From a virus: 64,000 nt of DNA. Below the pieces are notes generated by a model. It was not told the DNA's origin. It did no database searches and saw only the letters and a program-made list of their open reading frames with translations. Numbering within the stretch: position 1 is the first letter of the stretch; each line of letters opens with the position of its first letter. Location of the stretch: the IMG/VR virus record IMGVR_UViG_3300041409_000348, positions 39,564 to 103,563 of that record; one strand, written 5' to 3'. The translations under genes and the position numbers were made by a program. Positions 18,428 through 27,127 of this stretch are shown here, one piece after another.

Positions 18428-19432
18428 AGCGCCCCGTACTGGACCGATGGGCGCGTCTCGCTTCACCTTGGGGACTGTCGCGAGGTTATGGCGGCGATGG
18501 AAGCGGCCTCTGTGGATGCCGTGGTCACTGACCCGCCGTACGAATTGGCGTTTATGGGCCGTCAGTGGGATGCGAGCGGCATCGCTTACGACGTGGGCGT
18601 GTGGCGGGAATGCCTGCGCCTGCTCAAACCGGGTGGGTATCTGCTGGCGTTCGGCGGGACGCGGACCTATCACCGGCTGGCCTGCGCGGTTGAGGATGCC
18701 GGGTTCGAGATCCGCGACAGCATCGACTGGATCTACGGGTCCGGATTCCCGAAGGGCAAGGCGTGCCTGAAGCCGTCACACGAGCCGATCGTGATGGCGC
18801 GCAAGCCTGACCGCAAGAGCACGCCACTGCCGGGGCTGGATGATTGCCGGATCGGCAACGACACCAGCCGGGGCGATCGTTACCACGGCAAGGCTCCCGG
18901 TGGATCGCACGGTGACGGATTGACCGGCGGCCCTCGTGCCGAGCCATGGACGGTTCCGGCTGGCCGCTGGCCGCCGAACGTCCTGCTGTCCGATGAGGCT
19001 GCGGCCGAGCTGGACCGGCAGAGCGGGAATCTCGCCGGATGCGGTGGCCCCAAGAAGGTCGATAGCGGCGCTACGAGCATGTTCGGCATAGGCGCTGTGG
19101 CCCGGACCTACGAACGTGAGGGTGGCGGCGCGTCCCGCTTCTTCCCCGTCTTCCGCTACGAGGCCAAGGCGTCCAGCAAGGAACGCCCGCGCCTGCCGGA
19201 CGGCACCACACATCCGACCGTCAAGCCGCTCAGCCTGATGCGGTGGCTCGTCCGCCTCGTAACACCGGCCGGCGGCGTGGTGCTCGACCCGTTCGCGGGG
19301 AGTGGCACCACTGCCGAGGCCGCCCGGCTTGAGGACTTCCGCGCCATCTGCGCCGAGGCAGACGAGCGCTACTGCGAGCTCGCCGCCCGCCGGCTCTCGC
19401 AGGGCGTACTGATCCCGGAAGACGCGGCCTAA
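18425..19432 (+). CDS. N4/N6 DNA methyltransferase (paralogue A)
   Basis: VTDPPY, HPTVKP, DPFAGSGTT. Confidence 0.92.
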   Translation: MSAPYWTDGRVSLHLGDCREVMAAMEAASVDAVVTDPPYELAFMGRQWDASGIAYDVGVWRECLRLLKPGGYLLAFGGTRTYHRLACAVEDAGFEIRDSIDWIYGSGFPKGKACLKPSHEPIVMARKPDRKSTPLPGLDDCRIGNDTSRGDRYHGKAPGGSHGDGLTGGPRAEPWTVPAGRWPPNVLLSDEAAAELDRQSGNLAGCGGPKKVDSGATSMFGIGAVARTYEREGGGASRFFPVFRYEAKASSKERPRLPDGTTHPTVKPLSLMRWLVRLVTPAGGVVLDPFAGSGTTAEAARLEDFRAICAEADERYCELAARRLSQGVLIPEDAA

Positions 19433-19449
19433 GCCAGGGGGAGGCGTCG

Positions 19450-19959
19450 ATGGGTGCCATGTACTGCCTGCCGTCCGACATCCGCTCCAACGTCGCCGGC
19501 ACGGACGCGGGCACGGGAACCTGCGCCATGCTCGAGGACGCCCAATTGAACGCGGCCATCGGGCAGGCCAGCGCGAAGGTCGGTGCCTACGTGGGCACCG
19601 CGTACGTGGTCGACGCCGCTGACCCGGTGATTGTGGTGCCGGATCTGGTGAAGACGGTCACGGTGCAGCTGGCCACGTTCTACGCGACTTTGACGTACCG
19701 CAAGGGCAAAGACCTCTCGGCCATGGACCCCGTTTACCTCGGGATGGTGGACGCCAACAAGGTCCTCGCGGACATCGCGGCGGGCCTGATCGAGGTGGCA
19801 CCGACCGCACCCGCCGACCCGACCGATAAGCCCGGGACGGTCATACAGACCATTCCGTCGATCTTCACCTACTCCGATAGCGGCGTCGTGCCGAACCGGC
19901 GTGGGGGCATCGAGGCGGCGGGCGCACCTGGTGCGCGGTTTGGCGAGGGCTGGTATTAG
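19450..19959 (+). CDS. head-tail adaptor (Mu gp36-like)
   Basis: YCLPSDIR...AAIGQASAKVGAYVG...VPDLVK pattern; position. Confidence 0.75.
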   Translation: MGAMYCLPSDIRSNVAGTDAGTGTCAMLEDAQLNAAIGQASAKVGAYVGTAYVVDAADPVIVVPDLVKTVTVQLATFYATLTYRKGKDLSAMDPVYLGMVDANKVLADIAAGLIEVAPTAPADPTDKPGTVIQTIPSIFTYSDSGVVPNRRGGIEAAGAPGARFGEGWY

Positions 19960-20519
19960 GCGACACGCCTCCAGTTGACTCCCCTTATTGCGCGGCTCAT
20001 GCACGTCGTGGAGATGCCGAACTCGTGGGCCAGTGACCGCTGTGATTCCCCCGCCGCGTTCCTGCACCTGCACTCCCTGACGATCGCCTCCGTCAGCTTT
20101 GCCCAGGAAGCATCATCACCGTGTATGAGCGTGCCGTCCCGGTCGCGGTCGGCACCCTGATTCTCGCCGTGCGTGCCGTACTGGAGATTGATCAGCCGGT
20201 TGTCCTGCTTGCCGCCGGGGCCGTGCAGGACCTCCATTCCCGGCGGACATGGCCCGACGAACGCGGCGAGCACCAGCCGGTGCACTGCCCACCCTTCCCA
20301 TTCGTTGCCCCGGTACAGATGAACGGCCACGTAACCGCCATTCCCTGACGGTCCTAGCTTGAGTATCCGGCCACCCCGAACGCCGCTCACTGTCGGGCGC
20401 GGCAGACTGCGGACGCGCCCGAGGTCGCTGACGTCGTACAAGCTTTCCCAGCCAGGAACAGGCAGCCACCGCTCGGCTTCGCCGTGATGCGGGAAGGGCA
20501 GTGTGGCAGGCTCGGTCAC
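19956..20519 (-). CDS. NUMOD4-HNH endonuclease
   Basis: ERWLPVPGWESLYDVSDLGRVRS; VHRLVLAAFVGPCP...H...DNRLINL. Confidence 0.92.
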   Translation of the reverse strand: MTEPATLPFPHHGEAERWLPVPGWESLYDVSDLGRVRSLPRPTVSGVRGGRILKLGPSGNGGYVAVHLYRGNEWEGWAVHRLVLAAFVGPCPPGMEVLHGPGGKQDNRLINLQYGTHGENQGADRDRDGTLIHGDDASWAKLTEAIVRECRCRNAAGESQRSLAHEFGISTTCMSRAIRGVNWRRVA

Positions 20520-20541
20520 AGCGCAGGCTCCTTCTGCGTCA

Positions 20542-20603
20542 GGGGCCGGGGTAACGGTGCTGAGAACACCGCCTGGCCCCGCTCATAAGCTAGTTCGATT
20601 CTA
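20542..20603 (-). promoter_or_regulatory. HNH cassette leader: -10 TAGAAT + hairpin
   Basis: TAGAAT 20603-20598; stem 20542-20580. Confidence 0.55.
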
Positions 20604-20639
20604 CCGCCCCGAGCTTCGCTGAAGGGGGGTGGCGAGGGC

Positions 20640-21129
20640 GTGGCCTCAACCTTCGGTGACAGGATCGACACCCTCAAAGAGATGGTCGGTAGCGGCGATC
20701 TGGTCGGCACGGTAGTCGTAGACCAGGTGTACGCGCGCTACCAGCATTTACGAGGGCCTAGACCTGCACCACCCGCGCGGCGGCCAAGCGCTGTACCTTC
20801 AGGCCCCGCTGATGGAGAAGTACAGCGACTACCTGAACGCCTACGCCCGGCAGGTGCTCGAGGACGGCGGCGAGCAGTCGCTGATCGCAAGCATGGAAGA
20901 CCTCGCTGAGGACGGCGGGGTCGCCACCCGGGCGCCGGTCCTGTACGCGAATCTGCGGGCTTCAGGGCATCCGATGGTCGACAGTGACGGCGTGACCGTC
21001 TACGACCGGCCACCGCGGCAGCACAGGCTGTCCGAGGAAGAACTGCGGGCTTTGTGGCGGCTGCATCACCCGGTCCCGTCCAAGTACACCGCGAAGCAGC
21101 TCCGCTTCCTGTGGTCGCGGGGGATCTGA
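20640..21129 (+). CDS. neck/tail-completion protein (HK97 gp10-like), split by a +1 discontinuity at TTA 20748-20750
   Basis: VDQVYARYQH in frame 0 continues as EGLDLHHPRGGQALYLQAPL in the +1 frame from 20752. Confidence 0.78.
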
Positions 21130-21131
21130 GG

Positions 21132-21524
21132 TCACCGTCCCGCGTTCGGGCAGTTGCCGCCGTGACCCCCGCCGCCTGACGCCCCGCATTCAGGGCACGG
21201 CGGAATGGACGGATCAGGACCGGTGCCGCCCCGGCCGATCACGACGCTGATCCCGGGGAACACTGACCCGCCAGAGCCGCCGGCACCACCCCCGAATGCA
21301 CCGCCCGCGCCGCCGCTGCCACCGAGGCCATTACCGGGCTGCCCCGCATAGTGGATGACGGTGTTGCTCTTGCCGCCTCCGCCCTCGCTCCGCAGATGCC
21401 CGTCCACTTCCCGCTGGATCAGATAGCCGCTGTCGTAGAAGATTTCCGGCAGTCCGGGGCCTTGCTCGATGACCTCGCGCAGGGTGGCGAGGTCGGTGTC
21501 GTTATCCACGATGATGCGAATCAT
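21132..21524 (-). CDS. Gly-rich hypothetical protein with C-terminal CxxC, leaderless
   Basis: TACGGT-GAGCGG-ATG upstream. Confidence 0.6.
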   Translation of the reverse strand: MIRIIVDNDTDLATLREVIEQGPGLPEIFYDSGYLIQREVDGHLRSEGGGGKSNTVIHYAGQPGNGLGGSGGAGGAFGGGAGGSGGSVFPGISVVIGRGGTGPDPSIPPCPECGASGGGGHGGNCPNAGR

Positions 21525-21530
21525 CCGCTC

Positions 21531-21556
21531 ACCGTAGCCCGATGAGGTGAGCCGTG
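21531..21556. repeat. 26-bp direct repeat, copy 2
   Basis: Identical to 18402-18427. Confidence 0.85.
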
Positions 21557-21985
21557 CCCGTCGCCACCTCCGACGTCATCACGTGGATCACATCGCTCGG
21601 CTGGAACGGCAACCAGGAAACCGGCGCACCCCTCTGCATGGGCCCCTACGTCCCCGACTCCCCGGACCAGCTCGTCGTCATCACCGCTACCCCGGGTGCC
21701 GGCTACATGCTCGAGGGCGCGACGGACATGTGCGGGTTCCAGGCCCGGGTCCGCGGCGGCCAGTCCGGGGACGGCTCCACAGACGCCCAGGCGGCCACCG
21801 AGACGCTCGCCTACACCCTGGACGCCCTGATCTTCGCTGCCCCGTACCCGTTCGTCCTGAGCTCGGGGCGGGTGCTGGTGACTGCTCACCGGCTGTCGGG
21901 GATACCGGCGCCGATGGCGCAAACCAGTGACGACCTCGACCGATTCACCTACACCTGCTCGTATCTCATCGAAGTTTCAAACTGA
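21554..21985 (+). CDS. tail terminator / minor capsid-3-like protein
   Basis: GPYVPDSPDQLVVIT...FQARVRG...RFTYTCSY; position. Confidence 0.75.
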   Translation: MPVATSDVITWITSLGWNGNQETGAPLCMGPYVPDSPDQLVVITATPGAGYMLEGATDMCGFQARVRGGQSGDGSTDAQAATETLAYTLDALIFAAPYPFVLSSGRVLVTAHRLSGIPAPMAQTSDDLDRFTYTCSYLIEVSN

Positions 21986-22022
21986 GAGACCGCCGGTCTC
22001 CTGTCCCAAGGAGTTGAGTCCC

Positions 22023-22445
22023 ATCGGGTACGAGACCGACATCGTGAAGCTTTACCCCCAGACCACCCTCGTCGCCACCGGCACCACCACCGGGCCCGCG
22101 TTCGGCGCCTCGGACTGGCAGCGCGGCTACATCTACGGCGTCTTCGGGACCATCGTGGGCTCCCCGACGGTCCTGCCGTTCCTGCAGGTGTCCCCGGACG
22201 GCGGCACCACGTGGATCGGCGCGTCCGGCGCGGCGGCGGCCGGGCTGATCACCAACCCGCTGAACGGCACCGGCACTGCGATCACGGCGATCACCGCTGT
22301 GACCGGGGCGAGCTTCATCGTCCCCGTCAACGGCGGTTTCCCCGGCTCGTACATCCGGCTCGCCCTGACCGCTGCCGGGACCGTCACGTCCTGCCCGATC
22401 ATCGTCTACGGCGACTTCCAGAAGTGGGTCGCTGACAACAGCTAG
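22023..22445 (+). CDS. putative virion structural protein (probable ATC start)
   Basis: SD AAGGAG 22008-22013 then ATC 22023; LQVSPDGGTTW beta-rich motif. Confidence 0.6.
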   Translation: MGYETDIVKLYPQTTLVATGTTTGPAFGASDWQRGYIYGVFGTIVGSPTVLPFLQVSPDGGTTWIGASGAAAAGLITNPLNGTGTAITAITAVTGASFIVPVNGGFPGSYIRLALTAAGTVTSCPIIVYGDFQKWVADNS

Positions 22446-22456
22446 CGGCCGTCTCG

Positions 22457-22732
22457 TCACTCTTGGTCAGTAGCAGGAGGGGCGCGGAATACGACGGGAG
22501 GCTGGCCGGGCGCGACGAGGGCCACGAAACCGGCTGGCATGCGGGCGTCGGCCACGACAGGGATGCCGTGGAAGTCCGTGCCCTCCTCGTTGCGCTCGCG
22601 GAACTCCTGCAGCGCCCGGACCATCGCGGCGTTGACGCTGGTGTCATTGGCCTCGGCGTGCTGTTCGTACCACGCCAGAAGACCGTCCGGCATGCGGACG
22701 GCCTTCGGGCGGGTCTTGTGCCGGTCGGTCAT
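22457..22732 (-). CDS. Arc/RHH-like repressor
   Basis: HKTRPKAVRMPDGLLAWYEQHAEANDTSVNAAMVRALQEF. Confidence 0.75.
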   Translation of the reverse strand: MTDRHKTRPKAVRMPDGLLAWYEQHAEANDTSVNAAMVRALQEFRERNEEGTDFHGIPVVADARMPAGFVALVAPGQPPVVFRAPPATDQE

Positions 22733-22890
22733 TAGCGGGCGGCCTTCGCCTTGGTGCCCGCATCGAACACTGCGCCCAGAATCCTGCGGATGGCGTCGAC
22801 GTCAATGTCAGCGTCCGGGCCATACGAGCCGTACATCGCCAGCATGGCGGCGTCAATCGCCTTGTCCCGGGCGGTCAGTGTCTTGCTCAT
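22732..22890 (-). CDS. small hypothetical protein (52 aa)
   Basis: SD GAGGGAG; TAATG coupling to the RHH gene. Confidence 0.6.
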   Translation of the reverse strand: MSKTLTARDKAIDAAMLAMYGSYGPDADIDVDAIRRILGAVFDAGTKAKAAR

Positions 22891-22907
22891 CTTGTGCTCC
22901 CTCATTC

Positions 22908-22948
22908 GGTGGTAGCACCACTCTAACAGGTGGTAGCACCACACGCAA
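22908..22948 (-). promoter_or_regulatory. sigma70-type promoter with two operator repeats
   Basis: TTGCGT-N17-TAGAGT; GGTGGTAGCACCAC at 22908-22921 and 22929-22942. Confidence 0.75.
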
Positions 22949-22992
22949 GGGCCGCCCGATCCACTCGTCCCAGCTAGCGGAAGGCGGCCACG

Positions 22993-23364
22993 ATGGCACG
23001 GCTTACCCTCACCCCCGTCCAGTTGCCCGGCACGCAGGGAATGGTGCTGTCGGCGACGACGGGCGCCCAGTCCCTGTCCGGGTTCACCGGGTTCCAGTTC
23101 GTGAACAACGGCGGGCTGTTCGTTGCCCTGTACATCGGCTCGGGCGGTGTCGGGACCGTCGTGCAGAACTTCGGCCGCAAGATCGAGGGCGCCATCGCCG
23201 CCCCGCCGACGGTGGCCGTGTCCAACTCGACGGTCTACCTGTTCGGCCCCTGGTCCCCGTCGGACTTCACCGCCCAGGACGGGTCCGGGCTGACCGGGTT
23301 CGACCTGACCGGCACCCAGACCACCAACTCGATCACGCTGTATCAGCTTTCCCCGCTGAGCTGA
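22993..23364 (+). CDS. putative virion structural protein
   Basis: MARLTLTP... beta-rich; position in neck/tail module. Confidence 0.7.
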   Translation: MARLTLTPVQLPGTQGMVLSATTGAQSLSGFTGFQFVNNGGLFVALYIGSGGVGTVVQNFGRKIEGAIAAPPTVAVSNSTVYLFGPWSPSDFTAQDGSGLTGFDLTGTQTTNSITLYQLSPLS

Positions 23365-23377
23365 CCAGGAGGCACGC

Positions 23378-23752
23378 ATGACTTTCAGCACTGGCCAGGA
23401 CCCCGTTCCCGAGGGACTGGACCTGTCCGCCGCGCCGCTGGACAATCCCGCACCCGAATCCTCGGTGCCGCCCGTCGGCGCAGACGAGGGCCAGGCCGGG
23501 GGAGCGGACGTGGAACAGCCCGAACCCGCCCCGTCGATCACCGCACCGGAGCAGGACGAGCCGGCGAAGGAACACACCCCCGGCAAGGTCACCATGTACG
23601 CGGTCCCCCCCATGGGCACCCTCACCATCCCCCCGGACGGTGACGGTGAAGCGGTGGTCATCGACCGGTACGGCACCGAAGTGGACGAGGCGACCGCGGA
23701 ACGCGCCCGGGAAGCCGCGGCGGCGTCCGGGTTCCGCATCCGCGAGGACTAG
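23378..23752 (+). CDS. acidic hypothetical protein
   Basis: SD AGGAGG. Confidence 0.65.
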   Translation: MTFSTGQDPVPEGLDLSAAPLDNPAPESSVPPVGADEGQAGGADVEQPEPAPSITAPEQDEPAKEHTPGKVTMYAVPPMGTLTIPPDGDGEAVVIDRYGTEVDEATAERAREAAAASGFRIRED

Positions 23753-24074
23753 CGGACCCGTCTCCGGGCGGGACGAAACCGGCCACCAGTTGCGTCCCGC
23801 ACGCCTCACACCACCACGCCGTCCGCTCACCGGTCAGCAGCAGATCCACCGGCACCGCACCCGGATGGGCGCACGGCACCGCGAGCGCCGGAGCCGGGCC
23901 GGACGCGGAAAGAACGTCATGCAGCCCGCTAGCCGCGAGCGCGAGAAAGACACCAGCCAGCAGGCACGCGAGGCCCGCCACCGTCACGCCCGCCACCAGC
24001 AGGATCACGCCGGCGAACGCCAGCACCACCGGCCAGCGGTAACACCACCGGCTTAGCCGCCCCGGAAAATCCAT
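23658..24074 (-). CDS. membrane protein with Cys motif, leaderless
   Basis: TAGGGT-CAGCGC-ATG; hydrophobic N-terminus; 3' end overlaps the convergent gene. Confidence 0.55.
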   Translation of the reverse strand: MDFPGRLSRWCYRWPVVLAFAGVILLVAGVTVAGLACLLAGVFLALAASGLHDVLSASGPAPALAVPCAHPGAVPVDLLLTGERTAWWCEACGTQLVAGFVPPGDGSASPRGCGTRTPPRLPGRVPRSPRPLRCRTGR

Positions 24075-24097
24075 GCGCTGACCCTACCGACCCTCAG

Positions 24098-24124
24098 CCC
24101 GTCACCTCAGCGTGGCGGGTTTTT
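24098..24124 (+). terminator. intrinsic terminator-like hairpin
   Basis: CCCGTCA-N8-TGGCGGG followed by TTTTT. Confidence 0.5.
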
Positions 24125-24152
24125 CCATGCCCTCCGGCAAAGGAGACCCGCC

Positions 24153-24761
24153 GTGCCCGGTGCGCCCCTGCTCTATACCCCCCCGGCGTATACCGCCACG
24201 AACGTGCTCTACGGCGTCGGGGTCCTGTTCATCGCCCCCGTCGGCACTGCCGTCCCCTCCGACCAGAACCTCGGCGTCGGATCGTCGTGGGTGTCCGGCG
24301 GCTGGTCCTACATCGGCGCCACCGACCAAGGTGTGTCCCTGACGTTCAACCCGACGACCACCGACATCCGCATCGAGGAACAGCAGACCCCCGTCGCGGC
24401 CCTCGTCGACCAGGTGACGATGGAAGTCACCACGTCACTGTCCGAGGAAACGCTGGCCAACATCAACGTCGCCTGGGGCAACGGCGGCACCGTCTCGGTC
24501 ACCGCGGCCGGGGCTTCGCAGCCGGGTAAGAGCGTCCTGACGCTCTCCACGAACTTCGCGTCGCTGGCCTGCGCCCTCATCGGGAAGAACCAGCTCGGGT
24601 TCGCCCGCGTGCTGTCCATTCCTATTGTTATGAGTGCGGGATCGGTGAAAACCGACTACCGCAGGGCCGCAAACAACCGTAGTTACCCACTTACGCTCAA
24701 CGCGATTTCGCCCCTATCGCAGATCACCGTCACGGATCTCACGAGCATCGCCACGAGTTAG
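24153..24761 (+). CDS. major tail (tube) protein
   Basis: LFIAPVGTAVP...WSYIGATDQGVSLTFNP...IEEQ...SLSEETLAN; SD AAGGAG. Confidence 0.88.
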   Translation: MPGAPLLYTPPAYTATNVLYGVGVLFIAPVGTAVPSDQNLGVGSSWVSGGWSYIGATDQGVSLTFNPTTTDIRIEEQQTPVAALVDQVTMEVTTSLSEETLANINVAWGNGGTVSVTAAGASQPGKSVLTLSTNFASLACALIGKNQLGFARVLSIPIVMSAGSVKTDYRRAANNRSYPLTLNAISPLSQITVTDLTSIATS

Positions 24762-24785
24762 CCCAGCGTAAGAGCGGTAATGCGA

Positions 24786-24862
24786 TAGACTGTACGAAAG
24801 TGGCCCGGCGACGTTGCAAGCGTCCCGGGCCGTGTCCGATCTGGTGAAAGCAGACCGACATG
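24786..24862 (+). promoter_or_regulatory. HNH cassette leader: -10 TAGACT, hairpin, RBS hairpin
   Basis: TAGACT 24786-24791; GGCCCGG...CCGGGCC 24802-24831; 26-bp identity with 5523-5548. Confidence 0.6.
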
Positions 24863-25474
24863 GAACAGCGTACGTGCAGCTATGACGGCCCCGGCGGATG
24901 CCCCCGGCCGCCTGTGGCTCGCGGCTTGTGCAGCATGCACTACCAGCGGCTACGGAACCAGGGGAACCTCGGCGGCCCACGGTCAACGGTCATCGCGGAC
25001 ATGGAGGAACGGTTCTTCTCCCACGTCCGCAAGGAACCGGGCGGATGCTGGATGTGGACCGCGAGCGTCAGCCGCGACGGCTACGGCATGTTCGGGGACG
25101 GCGGCGGCAAGGTAGTCGGCCCGCACCGCTGGGCGTATGAGCACTTCGCGGAACCAGTCCCGGACGGGCTGCAACTCGACCATCTGTGCCATACCCGTGA
25201 GCGCCTGACCTGCCCCGGCGGCCGGCGGTGCCTTCACCGGCGGTGCGTGAACCCGGCGCACCTTGAGCCCGTGCCTCAGAAGATCAACGTGGAGCGCGGC
25301 GTCAACAGCAAGTACGACGGCGACGTGTACGCGCCTCTCTACGCGCGGTGGCGGGCCGGTGAGGGGCAGATAGCGCTGGCGGCCGAGTCGGGGGTCAGTC
25401 AGTCCCAGTTGTCCCGGGCCTTTAGCCGCATCACTGCCGCTGTCATCCCGCCGCCGGACGGCGCCCTCTTCTAG
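24860..25474 (+). CDS. HNH endonuclease
   Basis: RGLCSMHYQR; CWMWTA...GYG; HRWAY...LDHLC...CVNPAHLEPV...N. Confidence 0.9.
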   Translation: MEQRTCSYDGPGGCPRPPVARGLCSMHYQRLRNQGNLGGPRSTVIADMEERFFSHVRKEPGGCWMWTASVSRDGYGMFGDGGGKVVGPHRWAYEHFAEPVPDGLQLDHLCHTRERLTCPGGRRCLHRRCVNPAHLEPVPQKINVERGVNSKYDGDVYAPLYARWRAGEGQIALAAESGVSQSQLSRAFSRITAAVIPPPDGALF

Positions 25475-25497
25475 CCCCACGGGAGAGGCGGCACCCT

Positions 25498-26277
25498 GTG
25501 AGGTGGTTCCCGCGCGTCTCCTACCCGGACGTGGCCGGCAAGCTCAACCTGTCGGTCATGGCCACCGCGTTCGCCATCTTCGGCCTGTCGCTGATCTTCC
25601 AGCCGCACCGGTGGGCGTCCACGCCCGCCTACCACATCCTGCTGCTGATCTTCGCGGCGCAGATATGGGGCGGGCTGTTCCTGGCGTCCAGTGTGGCGAT
25701 GGCCGCGGCGGTGTGGCAGTTCGGGCGCCGCTGGACTGTGATCGCGGCGCTGACGCTGGCGTTCACGCTGACGACCGGGTGGATGCTCGGGTTCATCGTC
25801 CGGTACCTGTCCAGCCCCAGCACCACCCCGGAGACGTGGGTGTCGTGGGCGGTGTTCGGGTTCCTGCTGCTGAAAGTGGCCGCCGGCCTGGACCGTCCCC
25901 GTACCGTCGCGGATGCTGCGGACACGGGGGAGATCCTCGCGCTGCGGCAGGCCATCGACGACGCGCTGACAACGGCGGTCGCCGACCAGCAAGCCACCCT
26001 GGCCCGGGACGTGGAGATCGGCTCGGATCGGCTCCGTGACTCGGTGAGCGCCGCGTGCGCCGCCTATGCGCAGGCCCTGCATGCGATCATCCCGGCGGGC
26101 GGGATGCCGGGCGGGGATCCGGCCCGGGTCGCCCTGGTGGAGGCCCGGAACGCGCTGCTGCGGGCTGAGGAAGCGTACGCGCGGGCCACGGGCCAGTCAG
26201 CGCAGCAGGTGCCGCCCCCGTCGAAGGGAGGCGGCCCTGATCCCGGTGTCCCTGGCCGGCATGCGGGACCGTCGTGA
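25498..26277 (+). CDS. 4-TM membrane protein with helical C-terminus
   Basis: Four hydrophobic segments. Confidence 0.7.
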   Translation: MRWFPRVSYPDVAGKLNLSVMATAFAIFGLSLIFQPHRWASTPAYHILLLIFAAQIWGGLFLASSVAMAAAVWQFGRRWTVIAALTLAFTLTTGWMLGFIVRYLSSPSTTPETWVSWAVFGFLLLKVAAGLDRPRTVADAADTGEILALRQAIDDALTTAVADQQATLARDVEIGSDRLRDSVSAACAAYAQALHAIIPAGGMPGGDPARVALVEARNALLRAEEAYARATGQSAQQVPPPSKGGGPDPGVPGRHAGPS

Positions 26278-26621
26278 CCGCGATGGACGCCGCCGCGGCG
26301 GCCAGCGGCCCCGACACGATCACCCTGATCACCGGGAGCCTGCTGGCGCTGGCCGCGATCGTGTCCGCGCTGACCCCCATTTTCCTGGCCCGCCGCCGGG
26401 CCCGTAAGGAAGCCGCCGCCGCGTCCGCTGTCTCGGCGGTGAACTCCACTGACCTGGCCTTGTCGGGGTGGACGACGCTGAACGCCGCGTTGCAGCAGGA
26501 GATCACCCGGCTGCAGGGGGTCACCGAGCGGATGCAGGTCCGTATCGACCTGCTGTCCGGCGAGGTGGAGTCGCTGCGGAAACTGGCCATGGGCGGCGGG
26601 AAAGGCCCCCCGGATGCCTGA
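26274..26621 (+). CDS. single-TM coiled-coil protein
   Basis: TM helix then heptad repeats; GTGA coupling. Confidence 0.7.
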   Translation: MTAMDAAAAASGPDTITLITGSLLALAAIVSALTPIFLARRRARKEAAAASAVSAVNSTDLALSGWTTLNAALQQEITRLQGVTERMQVRIDLLSGEVESLRKLAMGGGKGPPDA

Positions 26622-26940
26622 CCTCGTGCTCGTGTTCCTGCTGGTGTCGTGCCTGTCGCTGATGGCCCAGGTGCTGGCGTACATCCGGCTCGCTGCCCGC
26701 CGTGCCCGCACCCCCACCGAGGAACTCGTCGGCGGCGGATATCTGCGGACCGTCGCGTGCCGGGTACTGGCCGCCACCGTGTACGTGACCGTGGCGGCCG
26801 TCCAGCTCGCCGGCGCGGGGACGCTCAGCTTCGAGGCCCTGATCGTCTTTGTCTCGGTTCAGCTTCTGTGGATGGGCAACTCGCTGATGGACATCCGCAT
26901 CCGCCGTGCCCTGGCCCAGGGGAGGCCCGATGCCGGCTGA
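26614..26940 (+). CDS. 3-TM membrane protein (holin-like)
   Basis: Three hydrophobic segments. Confidence 0.65.
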   Translation: MPDLVLVFLLVSCLSLMAQVLAYIRLAARRARTPTEELVGGGYLRTVACRVLAATVYVTVAAVQLAGAGTLSFEALIVFVSVQLLWMGNSLMDIRIRRALAQGRPDAG

Positions 26941-27127
26941 CGAGCCCCGGCACGCCGGCCCGCCCCGGCAGCAGCTCGCTTCCATCGCCGCGGTGACCGA
27001 TGAACTCGACCGGCACCTCGACGACCTGTTCGCCAGTGTGGCGCGGCTGAAAGAGATCCTGGTCCGCACCGGGACAGACACCGGTGAGGGGAAGGCGGAC
27101 GAGGATGCCGCACGGCCCGGACCCTGA
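26930..27127 (+). CDS. small helical protein
   Basis: SD GGAGG; overlaps neighbours. Confidence 0.55.
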   Translation: MPADEPRHAGPPRQQLASIAAVTDELDRHLDDLFASVARLKEILVRTGTDTGEGKADEDAARPGP

